From positions 32,001-96,000 of the forward strand of contig JBBRLJ010000004.1 of the NCBI GenBank assembly GCA_038231435.1: a DNA stretch of 64,000 nt, in the 5' to 3' direction. The notes beneath the pieces are model-generated. The model made no database searches, was not told the origin of the DNA, and was given only the letters and a program-made list of their open reading frames with translations. Source of the stretch: Planctomycetota bacterium. Its GTDB lineage: Bacteria; Planctomycetota; UBA11346. Both the position numbers and the translations under genes were made by a program. Below are positions 1 through 9,776 of this stretch, piece after piece (within the stretch, counting starts at the first letter, position 1; each line of letters opens with the position of its first letter).

Positions 1-152
1 GCGAGCAGGATCTCCCACATCAGCTCGCAGTCGATGCGCCGCTGCGCGAAGGCCTCGACCAGTAGCGACGCCCAACTGCGTCCACGCGGGAAATGCACGA
101 TGAAGTGCCCCGCGATGTCCTGATCGGCGATGGACGCTGCAGCTGACGTCAT
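1..152 (-). CDS. Hypothetical protein, N-terminal part only (runs off the window start)
   Basis: ATG at 152, open frame MTSAAASIADQDIAGHFIVHFPRGRSW... to the window edge; TAGGAT lies 6 nt upstream. Confidence 0.55.
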   Translation of the reverse strand, partial: MTSAAASIADQDIAGHFIVHFPRGRSWASLLVEAFAQRRIDCELMWEILL

Positions 153-215
153 GCCGCCATCCTAACGCTCGAGATCCAACCGGCCAGGGCCTGCCGCTCC
201 GGGACGCCGCCCATT

Positions 216-1973
216 CTACTGGAGTGCGTTCGTCGCCTTGCGGATCATGGTCGTGCCCTTCTGGTCCCCCATCTCCTCCTTGAGCGAGGCGGCACGTTCG
301 AACGCAGTCTTCGCCGCCTCGTTGTCGCCGAGATTGGCCTGGGCATTGCCCACGCCGACCAGCGCGAGCGCGATACCGCGCTTGTCGCCGCGGGACTCGT
401 ACCAGGCCAGCGCGCGCTGGTAGTGCGCGAGCGCCTCGGCGGATTTGCCGTGCATGTGCAGCTCGCACGAGCCCATCTGGCGCAACGTGCGCGCCACCTG
501 CTCGGCGTTCGCGACCTCCTCGAAGGATTCGAGCGCATAGGAGTACGCCTCGTGCGCCAGCGCGTGATCGCCGCGCTTGCCGTGGATCAGCGCCAGGTTG
601 TAGGACCGGCTGGCGAGATCGGCGGCGGGGATGCCGCGGCTGCGGCAGATCGCCAGGGAGCGCTCGAAGTGGTCGGCGGCGTCGTTCCAGGATTCGCGCT
701 CGACCGCCAGGCCGGCGAGATCGTCGAGCGCGCGCACCAGGCCCTCCTGATCGCCGAGCTCCTCGAGCAGTTCGGCGCGGCGGCTCAGGCAGGCGCGGGT
801 CTTGTCGAGATCCTTGCGCGCGTGGTGCAGGCTCGCGAGCTCGTCGAGGATCTGCGCCTGGCCCTTGGCGTCGCCGGCCTTCTCGCGCAGCGACATCACG
901 GCGGTCAGGCAGTCGAGCTCGGCTTGGTCGTCGCGACGCTTGCGATGCAGCTCGAGCGCGGCGAACAGCACCCGCTCGTGCAGCACGCGGTTGTCGATCC
1001 CCGCGCACATCGCCAGCGCGCGCTTGAGCGACTCCAACGCGTCGGGCTCCCGGCCGAGGTTGAGCTGCATCAAGTGCATATTGGCGAGCGCCTGGATCTC
1101 GGCCTGGCGCTCCGAGGAGGCCTGGCAGAGCGGAATACACTTGATGAACTGGTCGAGGGCCTGCTGCCAGTCGCCGCGTTCAGCGTAGACGGTGCCGATG
1201 TTGCCGAGGGTGTGGGCGATCATCGCCTGGTCGTTGCGCAGCTGGTGGATCTCGAGGGCGCGGCGGTGCAGCACCAGCGCCTGGTCGAAGGCGCCGCGGC
1301 CGCGCTCGAGCTCGGCAAAGCGCGAGATCAGCTTCGCGGCGCCCTTGAGGTTGCCGAGCTCCTGCTTGCCGGCGATCGACAGGTCGAACTCAGCGGTGGC
1401 GCGATCGAACTGCTTCAGCGCGTGGTGGCACTCGCCCATGGTCTCGTGCGCGTGGGCGATCTCGAGGCTCTTGTTGAAGCGCGCGAGGATCGGCAGCGCC
1501 TCCTGCAGCCTGACCAGCGCCTCGGCGTGGTTGCCCTTGTCCATGTGCACGCCGGCGAGGATCATCAGGGTGCGCGCGACGTGGGTCTGGTCGCCGCCAT
1601 CCTTGTTGGTGGCGAGCGAGCGGTCGATGATCGCGATCGCCTCGTCGAAGCGCCGCTGGGCCTTGAAGGCCAGGCCGGCGAGGACGCCCGCATAGGCCAT
1701 CGCCTGCTTCTCGCCGAGCTCCTTGTAGATGGCGATCGCCTGCTCGTAGTCGGGTACCGCGGCCGCGTGGTCGTCGAGCCGCTGGTGCAGCTTACCGAGC
1801 TCGATCAGGCATTCGGCGCGCTGCTTCGAGCGCAAGGCCTGGGCCCAGCAGTCGGCGGCGGTGCGCAGGTGGGGGATGGCCTCGGCCACCGCGGGGCCGA
1901 ACTTGCCTTCCATGATCATGTGCGCGAGCCGGTAGCTCTCCATGGCCTTGTCGACGATCGCCTGGTCGCTCAT
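216..1973 (-). CDS. Tetratricopeptide-repeat protein (585 aa, all-helical)
   Basis: Many approx. 40-aa TPR units, e.g. HTLGNIGTVYAERGDWQQALDQF and YNLALIHGKRGDHALAHEAY; SD-like GGAG upstream. Confidence 0.9.
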   Translation of the reverse strand: MSDQAIVDKAMESYRLAHMIMEGKFGPAVAEAIPHLRTAADCWAQALRSKQRAECLIELGKLHQRLDDHAAAVPDYEQAIAIYKELGEKQAMAYAGVLAGLAFKAQRRFDEAIAIIDRSLATNKDGGDQTHVARTLMILAGVHMDKGNHAEALVRLQEALPILARFNKSLEIAHAHETMGECHHALKQFDRATAEFDLSIAGKQELGNLKGAAKLISRFAELERGRGAFDQALVLHRRALEIHQLRNDQAMIAHTLGNIGTVYAERGDWQQALDQFIKCIPLCQASSERQAEIQALANMHLMQLNLGREPDALESLKRALAMCAGIDNRVLHERVLFAALELHRKRRDDQAELDCLTAVMSLREKAGDAKGQAQILDELASLHHARKDLDKTRACLSRRAELLEELGDQEGLVRALDDLAGLAVERESWNDAADHFERSLAICRSRGIPAADLASRSYNLALIHGKRGDHALAHEAYSYALESFEEVANAEQVARTLRQMGSCELHMHGKSAEALAHYQRALAWYESRGDKRGIALALVGVGNAQANLGDNEAAKTAFERAASLKEEMGDQKGTTMIRKATNALQ

Positions 1974-2081
1974 GAGCTGCTCCTGGCCGGCATCCGGCCG
2001 GGCCCCGAGTATGAGGGCAGCCTGGGCCGCGTGCCAGGGATCGCTACACCCTCCACAACGCCCGGTGTGCTACGCCCGGGA

Positions 2082-2450
2082 CTAGCGATGGACGTTGCAG
2101 AAGCCGTAGTTGCCGGCGACGGCGGCGTTGGGGCAGGTCCCGCGCGCGCGCTTGGCCTTGCAGCGGTTGGTGACCCTGCCACCGGAGCCGCCCCGCCGGG
2201 CGTTTCGCGGCGGCAGCGCGCCCATCATGCGGCGGTAGCCGTCGGTCAGACGCGCCGCCGCCTTGAAGGCAGCACTCTCGGTGCGATGCCAGGCGAGGCG
2301 GAAATGGTTCCAGCGCACGCGCGGGTAGCGCTTCTTCAGGTAGCCGCGCACCGAGGCCTGGCCGCGCTTGCGAGCGGTGCCCTTGCCGACGCGCACGATG
2401 TGGCCGTCGCGCAGCAGGCGGAAGGTGAAGAAATGGTTGATGCTCGTCAT
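2082..2450 (-). CDS. Small basic protein (122 aa): degenerate GIY-YIG-like domain plus C-terminal CCCH zinc finger
   Basis: ATG 2450 with GGAGG SD; FTFRLLRDGHIVRVGKG...LPPRN resembles GIY-YIG; C-x8-C-x11-C-x2-H at the C-terminus. Confidence 0.65.
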   Translation of the reverse strand: MTSINHFFTFRLLRDGHIVRVGKGTARKRGQASVRGYLKKRYPRVRWNHFRLAWHRTESAAFKAAARLTDGYRRMMGALPPRNARRGGSGGRVTNRCKAKRARGTCPNAAVAGNYGFCNVHR

Positions 2451-2473
2451 GGGCGGCCTCCGGATCACCGGCC

Positions 2474-2503
2474 ACTCTAGCGTCAGCGCGCGCGCGTCGG
2501 CAA
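2474..2503 (-). promoter_or_regulatory. Putative sigma70-type promoter for the GIY-YIG-like gene
   Basis: TTGCCG-N18-TAGAGT on the minus strand, about 24 nt upstream of ATG 2450. Confidence 0.4.
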
Positions 2504-2654
2504 GGGGAAGTGGTCCGGCCGCGCCGATCTGTCGCACATCCTGCCCGCTCTGCTGCGCTGGCATGCAGGGGCGTCGACCCGGTCACTTTCTCATTCAGCA
2601 GGAAGCTGCCCACCTACACCCACACTGCTCGATGATGGGCCTCATCCGTCTGCG

Positions 2655-3464
2655 TCACGGCAGCTGACGCCATTCCCCGTCGCGCTTGCGGTAGCGGGTG
2701 ACGGCAGTGACGGCGAAGCGCGAGCCATCCCACGCTCGTACCGAGATCGCCAACGTGTCGCCATCGATGGCGATGGCGTTGTAGGCGTTGGGTTCGCCGC
2801 GGCGGCGGCGCGAGATCGCCGTGCCCGCCTGAGCGACCAGGATAGAGCGCTTCATCGCGGTGTAATGGGTCTTGGTGTCGCCGGTGTACCCGACGTGCAT
2901 GTGCCCCGCCAGCAGCAGGTCGACGCTGCATGATTCGAGCTGGGCGAGCGCCTGGTCGGCGCGACCGACCATGTCTTCGAGTTTGGCGCCCGCGGGCGGG
3001 ATGAACTGGTGGTGCGTCACCACCACCTTGAACAGCTCAGTGGCGAGCGGACTCATGGCCGCGCGGATCCCCGCGATCTGCTCGCGCGAGATGCGACCCC
3101 CCTTCCAGGTCAGCGAGCGGGCGGTGGTGATGCCCAGAACTGCCAACTCGGCATCGACGCGCAGCGGCTGCAGGTCATCGGTGATCCACGCGCGGTACCG
3201 CCGCAGCGGGCGCGCGAAGCGGCGGAACACATCGTAGAACGGCACGTCGTGGTTTCCCGGCACCACCACCTGCGGGTACGGGATGCGCGCCAGGTACTCG
3301 CGCGCGGCCATGAACTCGGAGACCTTCGCGCGCTGGGTGAGGTCGCCGCTGACCACCACCAGCGATGGTTCCAACGCCGCCAGATCGGCGAGCAGGCCCT
3401 CGGCGACGGCTGGATCCTCGGTGCCGAAATGCAAGTCCGACAGATGGGCGATGAGCCTGGCCAT
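2655..3464 (-). CDS. Calcineurin-like metallophosphoesterase (CpdA/Icc-like)
   Basis: Motifs SDLHFG, SGDLTQ, PGNHD, THH and GHMH. Confidence 0.9.
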   Translation of the reverse strand: MARLIAHLSDLHFGTEDPAVAEGLLADLAALEPSLVVVSGDLTQRAKVSEFMAAREYLARIPYPQVVVPGNHDVPFYDVFRRFARPLRRYRAWITDDLQPLRVDAELAVLGITTARSLTWKGGRISREQIAGIRAAMSPLATELFKVVVTHHQFIPPAGAKLEDMVGRADQALAQLESCSVDLLLAGHMHVGYTGDTKTHYTAMKRSILVAQAGTAISRRRRGEPNAYNAIAIDGDTLAISVRAWDGSRFAVTAVTRYRKRDGEWRQLP

Positions 3465-3468
3465 ACGC

Positions 3469-4413
3469 TCAGCCCGCCTTCGCCGGGGCTACCGCATGAG
3501 GCTTGGCCGCTGTGTCCACCGGAACCAGTACGCGCAGCGCGTTCGGCAGGATGCGGTAGCGCAAGGGCGAACGCAGACGCACCACCTCGCCGTCGAGCCC
3601 GACGGCGATGCTGCCGCCACGCACCTTCAGGGTCGCCTCCGAGAGCGGGAACGCATGCAGCCGCTTGTCCTCGTGGGCGCGCTGGAAAAGCGCGAACATC
3701 AGGAATCGGAACAGGCCGCTGGGGCCACGCCAGGATGGGAAGTACATCCACATGCGCCCCGAGTCGAGTCGCGCGCGCGTGCCCATGGGCACCGCCTGGA
3801 ATGAGTATTCGTTGTTGCCGACGAACACGAACGGCACCAGCCGGCGGAAACGCCGGCCGGCTGCCTCGATACGCACGCGCATCAGCGGCATGCGCCTCAA
3901 TGCGCGCCAGGCCGCGATGCCCATGGCCATGAACTTGCGGCGGCCGAGCTTGCGGCGCTGCCGGTCACGGTCCTGGACCATCCTCGGATACAAGCCGATC
4001 GAGGAGTTGTTGATGAAGAAGCGCCCGTTCACCGTGACCACATCGATCGCCAGCGTGCGTCCGCCCATGATCGCGGCGACGGCGGCATCGATGTCGGACG
4101 GCACGCCGAGGTCCTTCGAGAAGTGATTGAGGGTTCCGAGCGGCAGCACTCCGAGCGACGCGTCCCGTCCGATCAAGGCCTGGGCCACGGCGCTGACCGT
4201 GCCATCTCCGCCCGCCGCCACGACGATTCCGGCACCAGCGTCCACCGCCGCCGACGCGGATTCGCTGAGCGCTGCGCCGTCGACCACGCGGATCTCGACG
4301 GTGGCATCGAGCCGCGCGAACGCCTGCGCCACCGCAGCGCGCGAGGCTTCGACGCCAGCGGTCGCATGCGTGCCAGCGCCCGCATTCATCAGCACCACGA
4401 TCGAATTCGACAT
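3469..4413 (-). CDS. Diacylglycerol/lipid kinase family protein (YegS/DAGK-like)
   Basis: NAGAG, AGGDGT, LPLGTLNHF and LDGE motifs. Confidence 0.9.
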   Translation of the reverse strand: MSNSIVVLMNAGAGTHATAGVEASRAAVAQAFARLDATVEIRVVDGAALSESASAAVDAGAGIVVAAGGDGTVSAVAQALIGRDASLGVLPLGTLNHFSKDLGVPSDIDAAVAAIMGGRTLAIDVVTVNGRFFINNSSIGLYPRMVQDRDRQRRKLGRRKFMAMGIAAWRALRRMPLMRVRIEAAGRRFRRLVPFVFVGNNEYSFQAVPMGTRARLDSGRMWMYFPSWRGPSGLFRFLMFALFQRAHEDKRLHAFPLSEATLKVRGGSIAVGLDGEVVRLRSPLRYRILPNALRVLVPVDTAAKPHAVAPAKAG

Positions 4414-4514
4414 CGCCCGCCCGACCTGAGACTAGTGGGCCAGCGGCGCACGGCAGCCGGAAGTGGCCCTGGGATTCGACAACGATACCTGGCGATGGTC
4501 GCGATTGGACGCCT

Positions 4515-5528
4515 TCAACGCCAGTCGATGATCACGCCAGTCCAGGTATCCTTGTCGTACTGCAGCCCGTGGTACGCCTCGGGGGCCTGCTCGGGCTTGA
4601 TCACGTGGCTGGCCAATTCCCGCACCTTCAGCTTCTTGGCCGCGATCAGCTCGAAGCAGGTCTGGTAGGCCCAGGAAACGGTCTGCTTCGCGCCGCGCAC
4701 CTCGGAGGCCGGGAAGCGCCACATGTGCGCGCCGCGCACCACCAGTCCATTGGTGTGGATAGTGCGCATGGTTGGCGTGAGATCGGCGTTGAAGCTGGCG
4801 CGTGGAGAACCCAGTAGCACCACCTGGCCGAACAGGGCCGTCGCCTCGACGGCGGTCGCGACCACGGCCGAGTGGCCCGCCGCATCGACGGTGACCGCGG
4901 CGCCAGCGCCGCCGGTCAATGCCTTGACCGCCTCAACCTGCTTGCCGGGCGCCACGTCGACGACGGTCGAGATGCCGATCTTGCGCGCCAGATCGCAGCG
5001 GCTCTTCACCGGATCGATGCCGATGACGCGTGCTCCACGCAACTGGTAGAACTGCGCGGCCAGGTTGCCGACCACGCCGAGCCCGAACACCGCCACGGTG
5101 TCGCCGAGCGAGAGCTCGGTGATGTTCGGCGCGGTCATGGCGATCTCGGCCATGCACACGAACGCCGCCTCGATCGGATCGAGATCCTTCGGCGCCCGGT
5201 ACAGCCGCCCCCATTGATGATCCTGCCCGTGCATGAAACGCTGCACCAGCGCGTGCCTGCCGGCGTAGAAGGCGCGATCGCCGATCTGGAAATCCTTCAC
5301 TCCAGCGCCGGCGGCCAGCACGGTGCCGATCGATCCGTAGCCGGTGCCGGCCGGATAGGTCGTGGTGCCTTCGATGGAATGCAGCGCAGCCAGCTCGGTG
5401 CCCGCGCTGATGATCGTCGCCTCGTTGCGCATCACGACTTCCATCGGGGCAAGGCTGCCGGTGTCAACCTCGTGCGAGGCGAGGGCGACCTTGCCTTTTT
5501 CAGGGAATACGACGTAGGTGGATTTCAT
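4515..5528 (-). CDS. Medium-chain dehydrogenase/reductase (alcohol dehydrogenase-like)
   Basis: ISAGTEL, GYGSIG and Rossmann GLGVVG; GAGG SD. Confidence 0.88.
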   Translation of the reverse strand: MKSTYVVFPEKGKVALASHEVDTGSLAPMEVVMRNEATIISAGTELAALHSIEGTTTYPAGTGYGSIGTVLAAGAGVKDFQIGDRAFYAGRHALVQRFMHGQDHQWGRLYRAPKDLDPIEAAFVCMAEIAMTAPNITELSLGDTVAVFGLGVVGNLAAQFYQLRGARVIGIDPVKSRCDLARKIGISTVVDVAPGKQVEAVKALTGGAGAAVTVDAAGHSAVVATAVEATALFGQVVLLGSPRASFNADLTPTMRTIHTNGLVVRGAHMWRFPASEVRGAKQTVSWAYQTCFELIAAKKLKVRELASHVIKPEQAPEAYHGLQYDKDTWTGVIIDWR

Positions 5529-5651
5529 GGTGCCTCGTAGCTATGGCCGGAGTCGCGGTTCAGAATGATGTGTCGACGAGTGCGCGACAGCACTGGAGAC
5601 CACTCGTGACAATGGACGTCGTTGGACGTCGTTTGGATGGAGCGGCCTGCC

Positions 5652-6065
5652 CTACTGCTGGGCCGGGCGGCTCCTGAGCGTCGCGATCTGCGCCTGCAGA
5701 TCGCCCCAATGGTTCTTCTCCAGCCAGGTATCGATGGCCGTGTCGCTCATGCCCGAGGTCTTCAGCTGGTCCCGGGTCGCGGCGACCTCGGTCTGCAGCG
5801 CGGCGTAGGAATCCAGCGAGGCGCGCAGCACCTCCGGATCGGCCGAGTCCATCGCCAGCAACTGCCTCGCGGCGTTCCACTGCGTTTCGATCTTGAGCGC
5901 GGTCGAGGCCTTGGCCTTGAAATCGAGCTGCATTTGGATGCCGTCGACGATGCCGACTCCTTGGGCTGGCGGCGGCGTCTCCGGCTTGGCGTCGCCGCCG
6001 CGGCAGGTGACGAACAACAGCACCGCCGCGATGACGGCGACAGCAGCGATGATGATGGGCTTCAT
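5652..6065 (-). CDS. Hypothetical exported or membrane-anchored protein
   Basis: MKPIIIAAVAVIAAVLLFVTC signal/TM segment; starts immediately after the upstream stop (alternative start 6080). Confidence 0.7.
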   Translation of the reverse strand: MKPIIIAAVAVIAAVLLFVTCRGGDAKPETPPPAQGVGIVDGIQMQLDFKAKASTALKIETQWNAARQLLAMDSADPEVLRASLDSYAALQTEVAATRDQLKTSGMSDTAIDTWLEKNHWGDLQAQIATLRSRPAQQ

Positions 6066-6066
6066 G

Positions 6067-6852
6067 TCAGTATCCCGCATCGGCGAGCTGGCGCCGGAGT
6101 TCGGTCACAGCGGTGGGGAGTTCAGCGGCGAGATCCTTCCAGCCGCATTCGAAGGACAGGCGATGGTCGTAGCCGACGCTACGCAGGGCCGACAGGAACG
6201 GCCGAAAATCGTCGCCGGCGACGCCGGGAGCGCTGCGCGTCTCGCGTTCGGCGATGTGCACGTGCTTGAGAAGCGCGCCGTGGGTCGTGATCGCCTCGGG
6301 CTTCTCGTCATTGCGCAGCATGTGGTAGATGTCGGCGAGCAGCCGCACCCGCGCGTGCCCGGCCTGGCGCACCGCCTCGGCGCCCTCGCCAAGGGTGTTG
6401 ATGAAATTGCACTCGCCGCGGTTCAGGGGCTCGACCACGATGGTCACGCCGTGGCGCTGAGCGATCGGGCCGAGCTCCTTGAGCAAGGACACGAACTGCG
6501 AGAAGGCACGCGCCTGCGTCACCCCCTCGGGAACCTGGCGGGCACCGCCGCTGCCGAAGACGATGGTGTCGATGCCCGCCGCGTGGGCGCGCGCGAAGGC
6601 GTGGTCCGCGTAGGCGAGGATGCGCTGCGTATCGACCGCCTCGCCGACGCATTTCAAGGTGCCGGGCAGGAAGCAGTTGGCGGCTGATACCGGCTTGCAG
6701 GCCCTGGCGACCCGCGCGAGCCGTTCCCGGTACTCGGTCTCTGGAGCTTCGGGAGCGAGGAAGTTCTGCACGTGCTCCTCGAGATAGTCGATGGGCGATG
6801 CCGCGAGCAGCTCCTGGGCCGACAGCGCGCTGGCGCACAAACCGATGAGCAT
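6067..6852 (-). CDS. Sugar phosphate isomerase/epimerase (xylose isomerase-like TIM barrel)
   Basis: VFGSG, VEPLNRGE, DIYHM, HVHIAE and SFEC motifs; GAGGAGG SD before ATG 6852. Confidence 0.88.
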   Translation of the reverse strand: MLIGLCASALSAQELLAASPIDYLEEHVQNFLAPEAPETEYRERLARVARACKPVSAANCFLPGTLKCVGEAVDTQRILAYADHAFARAHAAGIDTIVFGSGGARQVPEGVTQARAFSQFVSLLKELGPIAQRHGVTIVVEPLNRGECNFINTLGEGAEAVRQAGHARVRLLADIYHMLRNDEKPEAITTHGALLKHVHIAERETRSAPGVAGDDFRPFLSALRSVGYDHRLSFECGWKDLAAELPTAVTELRRQLADAGY

Positions 6853-7005
6853 GAGCAGCCTCCTCGCGGAGCATCGCGCGTGGGATGGCCGTGACAATGT
6901 CCCCCCGCGTACGGAGGCAATGCGGGTCAGGTTTGGTCCCGCCCGGATGTGGACCTGGATACAATGGGCGACAGTCCGAAAGATCTGATCCGACAGGAGG
7001 AAGCC

Positions 7006-7353
7006 ATGAAGACCATCGAACGCAAGGAGCTGCAGGACATGCTCGAGGACAACGAGGTGTTCACCCTCATCGACGTGCTGCCCGAGGAAGAGTTCAACAA
7101 GGCCCACATTCCCGGATCGCTGAGCATACCCTTCACGGATAGCGACAGCGGTTTCTCCGAGGAAGTGCTGAAGCACGTCGACGACAAGGACGAGAAGCTG
7201 GTGGTCTATTGCGCCAAGCGCGAATGCTCGTTGTCGCGCAAGGCCGCCCAAGCGCTCGACGAGGCGGGTTTCCGCGGCGTCCTCGCCTACGAGGACGGCA
7301 TGGCCGATTGGACGACCGCAGGGATGCCGACCGAGAGCGGCGTGCACGCTTGA
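7006..7353 (+). CDS. Rhodanese-like domain protein
   Basis: LIDVLPEEEFNKAHIPGS, VVYCA and YEDGMADW; AGGAGG SD. Confidence 0.9.
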   Translation: MKTIERKELQDMLEDNEVFTLIDVLPEEEFNKAHIPGSLSIPFTDSDSGFSEEVLKHVDDKDEKLVVYCAKRECSLSRKAAQALDEAGFRGVLAYEDGMADWTTAGMPTESGVHA

Positions 7354-7496
7354 GTCGAGTGCATCACTCGAAGCAGGGAATGCACCCGCTGCGAATTCGT
7401 GGTCGGTGATGCGCTAGGACGCCCGGGAGATCCTTGGTCTTTGACCCAGGAGCTCCCGGGTTAGGCTGCTGGCAGTATGGACGCGGAACCACGTAT

Positions 7497-8147
7497 ATGA
7501 CGGACACGACCCGCACCATGCGTCGGCGGCGGCGCCGCACCGTCGATCTCGGCAGCGACATCGCCAGTCGCCCCGATTCCCTGACTCCCCCCACCGCCGC
7601 CAACATCATCCCCGCCGCCGCAGGGACTGACGCGCCGCCGACGAGCACCGCTAGGATCGTGCGCGTCGAGGATCTGGTGCTCCGCCATTGGCGTGATTTC
7701 TTTTGTCGATTCCGCGAGGACGAGCACGACCAGGAGCAGATCGAATACCGAGAGCTCGCGGCCCCGGTGCAGAAGCGCCTGGATCTGTTGCCCTTCAAGC
7801 AGCGCCCCGACCATTCTCTGATGATCGATATGATGGAGCTGCTGCTCGAGCTCGAACGCTCGCGGTTCCTCGATCTGAGCAAGCGCATCGACGATATCTC
7901 GCTCCAGTGCGACCAGCTGAAGTTCCACGCGCATACCGCGACGCTGGTGAAGACCCATCAGGTCGACGAGATCGAGCGCTGCGCCAAGGGCCTGGTGCGC
8001 GCGCTGAAAGGTGCGCGCATGCCCGAGAGCTCGGCGCGCCAAGTGCAGGAGATCCTCGCGCTCCTGAAGAAGCTGGTCGAGAGCACCGCCTCGCACCGCA
8101 AGACCCCCACGTCGATCGCCAACAGGCGCCCGACGCCGACCGCCTAG
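7497..8147 (+). CDS. Hypothetical protein (helical C-terminal region)
   Basis: Host-like codon bias, 216 aa, no recognised motif; start uncertain. Confidence 0.65.
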   Translation: MTDTTRTMRRRRRRTVDLGSDIASRPDSLTPPTAANIIPAAAGTDAPPTSTARIVRVEDLVLRHWRDFFCRFREDEHDQEQIEYRELAAPVQKRLDLLPFKQRPDHSLMIDMMELLLELERSRFLDLSKRIDDISLQCDQLKFHAHTATLVKTHQVDEIERCAKGLVRALKGARMPESSARQVQEILALLKKLVESTASHRKTPTSIANRRPTPTA

Positions 8148-8176
8148 CTACCGCCGCCGTCGCAGAGGACCTCGCC

Positions 8177-8449
8177 ATGTTGCAGTTCCGCACCCACGAG
8201 AAGAACCTCTTCGGCCAGCCGCGTTCATGGGCTGCCCCTTCGGGCGATGGCCACTACGTGATCGAGAAATCGCCGGTATCCGACGTGTTCCAACCGCGCT
8301 ACCAGGGCCGCGAGGGCAAGCCCCGTCCGCTCAACGGCGGCGCGTGGATCCCCAGCTTCGAGCGCGCGAAACAGGCATGCGAGAAGGACTCGCAGGACAG
8401 CCTGCGCCAGCGCATCGTCGCCAAAGTCCGGGTCCGTAGTGGTCGCTGA
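8177..8449 (+). CDS. Hypothetical protein (90 aa)
   Basis: GAGGA SD; MLQFRTHEKNLFGQPRSW... with host-like codon usage. Confidence 0.65.
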   Translation: MLQFRTHEKNLFGQPRSWAAPSGDGHYVIEKSPVSDVFQPRYQGREGKPRPLNGGAWIPSFERAKQACEKDSQDSLRQRIVAKVRVRSGR

Positions 8450-8499
8450 GATGGACACCTGGATGCGCTTGGCGCTCTAGCCGACACCCGGGCCGGCGC

Positions 8500-9504
8500 T
8501 CAGGCCGGGGGCGACTCGAGCGAGCTGAGCCAGTCGATGAGCGGGGTATCCGCGTTCTCGAGCAGCACGCCGCAGCGGTCGGCGTAGAGATCGGCGTTGT
8601 CGAACAGCTGGAATACCAGGGGCGCGACGCGATAGAACGGGCTGGTGGGATCCGACTCGCGGGCCACCAGCGCGAAGGCCTGGTCCTTGAAGCCCTTGTA
8701 GATGTCCGAACCCATGCCGCGATCGGAGCCGATCGCCGAGGCGAACATGATCGGCGGCACCGGCAGGCCAGGAGCCGCAGAGGCGAAATCTCCGATCCAG
8801 GTGAGCAGATTCGGCTCGCCAACGACCTGATCGCTGGGCACCACCTTCTTCTGCGCCAGGAACAGCGTCAGCGCGCGTGCGAGCGAACCGAGGTAGCCGT
8901 CGATGAGCGCGGGCGACGGAGCCTCGTACCACGAGTTTTCAGGCAGTGCCTGGCCCGAGAAGATCGCGCGCAGCTCCTCATCGAGCTCGAGGACCATCCC
9001 CCCGAGCTTGAAACGAGGGCCGGTGCGCGAGAAGCGCTGGACCTTCTCCTTGGTCATGGCGTCGTAGAGGGTGAGGCTGAGTTCGCAGTTCAGCCCGTCC
9101 TCGGCCAGGGTGCCGGTGACGACATAGCCGATGCCGGCCGTGCCGAGGTCCCACACTTCCTCCTCGGACATCTCCTTGTCGAGCATCGCCGGGCCGGAGC
9201 CCTTGACCGCCGGGATCATCGCCACGGGCCGGAGCCCGGAGCGGAACCAGCACGATTCGGCGAGGAACAGCGGCACCGCGCGTGAGAATCGTCCGCGATC
9301 GTCCTCGGGCTGCGGTCCCGCATTCGCGGCAGGACAGCTCAACGGCGTAAAGGCGATCAGCTTGGCGCGGGTATCGTGCGTGGGCAGCAGCCATGCGGCG
9401 TTGCGCAGGCCGTAGAACCAGACCGGCTTGTTCAGCGAGATGTAGGTAACGTCCGTGGAGTCGCCCGATGCGACCTGGTCCGCGGACACATCGTCTGGAT
9501 CCAT
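8500..9504 (-). CDS. Hypothetical protein, possible TolB-N/CsgG-like alpha/beta domain plus helical C-terminus
   Basis: Strong codon bias from MDPDD; YVVTGTL...LSLTLYDA pattern resembles the TolB-N fold (inference). Confidence 0.65.
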   Translation of the reverse strand: MDPDDVSADQVASGDSTDVTYISLNKPVWFYGLRNAAWLLPTHDTRAKLIAFTPLSCPAANAGPQPEDDRGRFSRAVPLFLAESCWFRSGLRPVAMIPAVKGSGPAMLDKEMSEEEVWDLGTAGIGYVVTGTLAEDGLNCELSLTLYDAMTKEKVQRFSRTGPRFKLGGMVLELDEELRAIFSGQALPENSWYEAPSPALIDGYLGSLARALTLFLAQKKVVPSDQVVGEPNLLTWIGDFASAAPGLPVPPIMFASAIGSDRGMGSDIYKGFKDQAFALVARESDPTSPFYRVAPLVFQLFDNADLYADRCGVLLENADTPLIDWLSSLESPPA

Positions 9505-9749
9505 GCGGCCCCGAGTGTGCATGCCGACCCAGGCGTATCTAGCTGGTTTCCGTCCGAAGGAGCAGTGCACAAAGCAATTGCAACGATTTGAAAAACCGGC
9601 GACGAGGCGTTCACACGCCAGGCTCGGCGGTTGGAGTGTCGCGATCACGCCTGCACGTGATCGCGGCCACGCGCGCAGGCGGACTGGATCGCGGATCCAT
9701 GAGCGTTGCATTCATCGTCGCCAGGCACTGACGCTGTATCACTGACTGT

Positions 9750-9776
9750 TCCATATGTTTCATATGCTTCATTTGC
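9750..9776 (+). repeat. Three 9-bp direct repeats, candidate operator
   Basis: TCCATATGT-TTCATATGC-TTCATTTGC immediately upstream of TATGGT (-10-like) of yfiH. Confidence 0.6.

Noticed and set aside
423..2480. Long antisense or alternate-frame ORFs (also 16149-18785, 18833-20887, 32275-34509, 41330-43078, 49945-51498, 57451-59304)
   Set aside because: Shadow ORFs expected in high-GC DNA; they overlap well-supported genes and lack motifs
2505..2650. Possible ncRNA (tRNA-like GGGTCGACGCCC...GCCA end on the minus strand, or 6S/SRP-like fragments)
   Set aside because: No cloverleaf, no TTCG T-loop and no complete SRP or 6S consensus could be folded by eye; an Infernal scan would be needed
7355..7371. 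Hairpin TCGAGTG-CAT-CACTCGA after the rhodanese gene as a terminator
   Set aside because: Only a 7-bp stem with no U-tract; insufficient support
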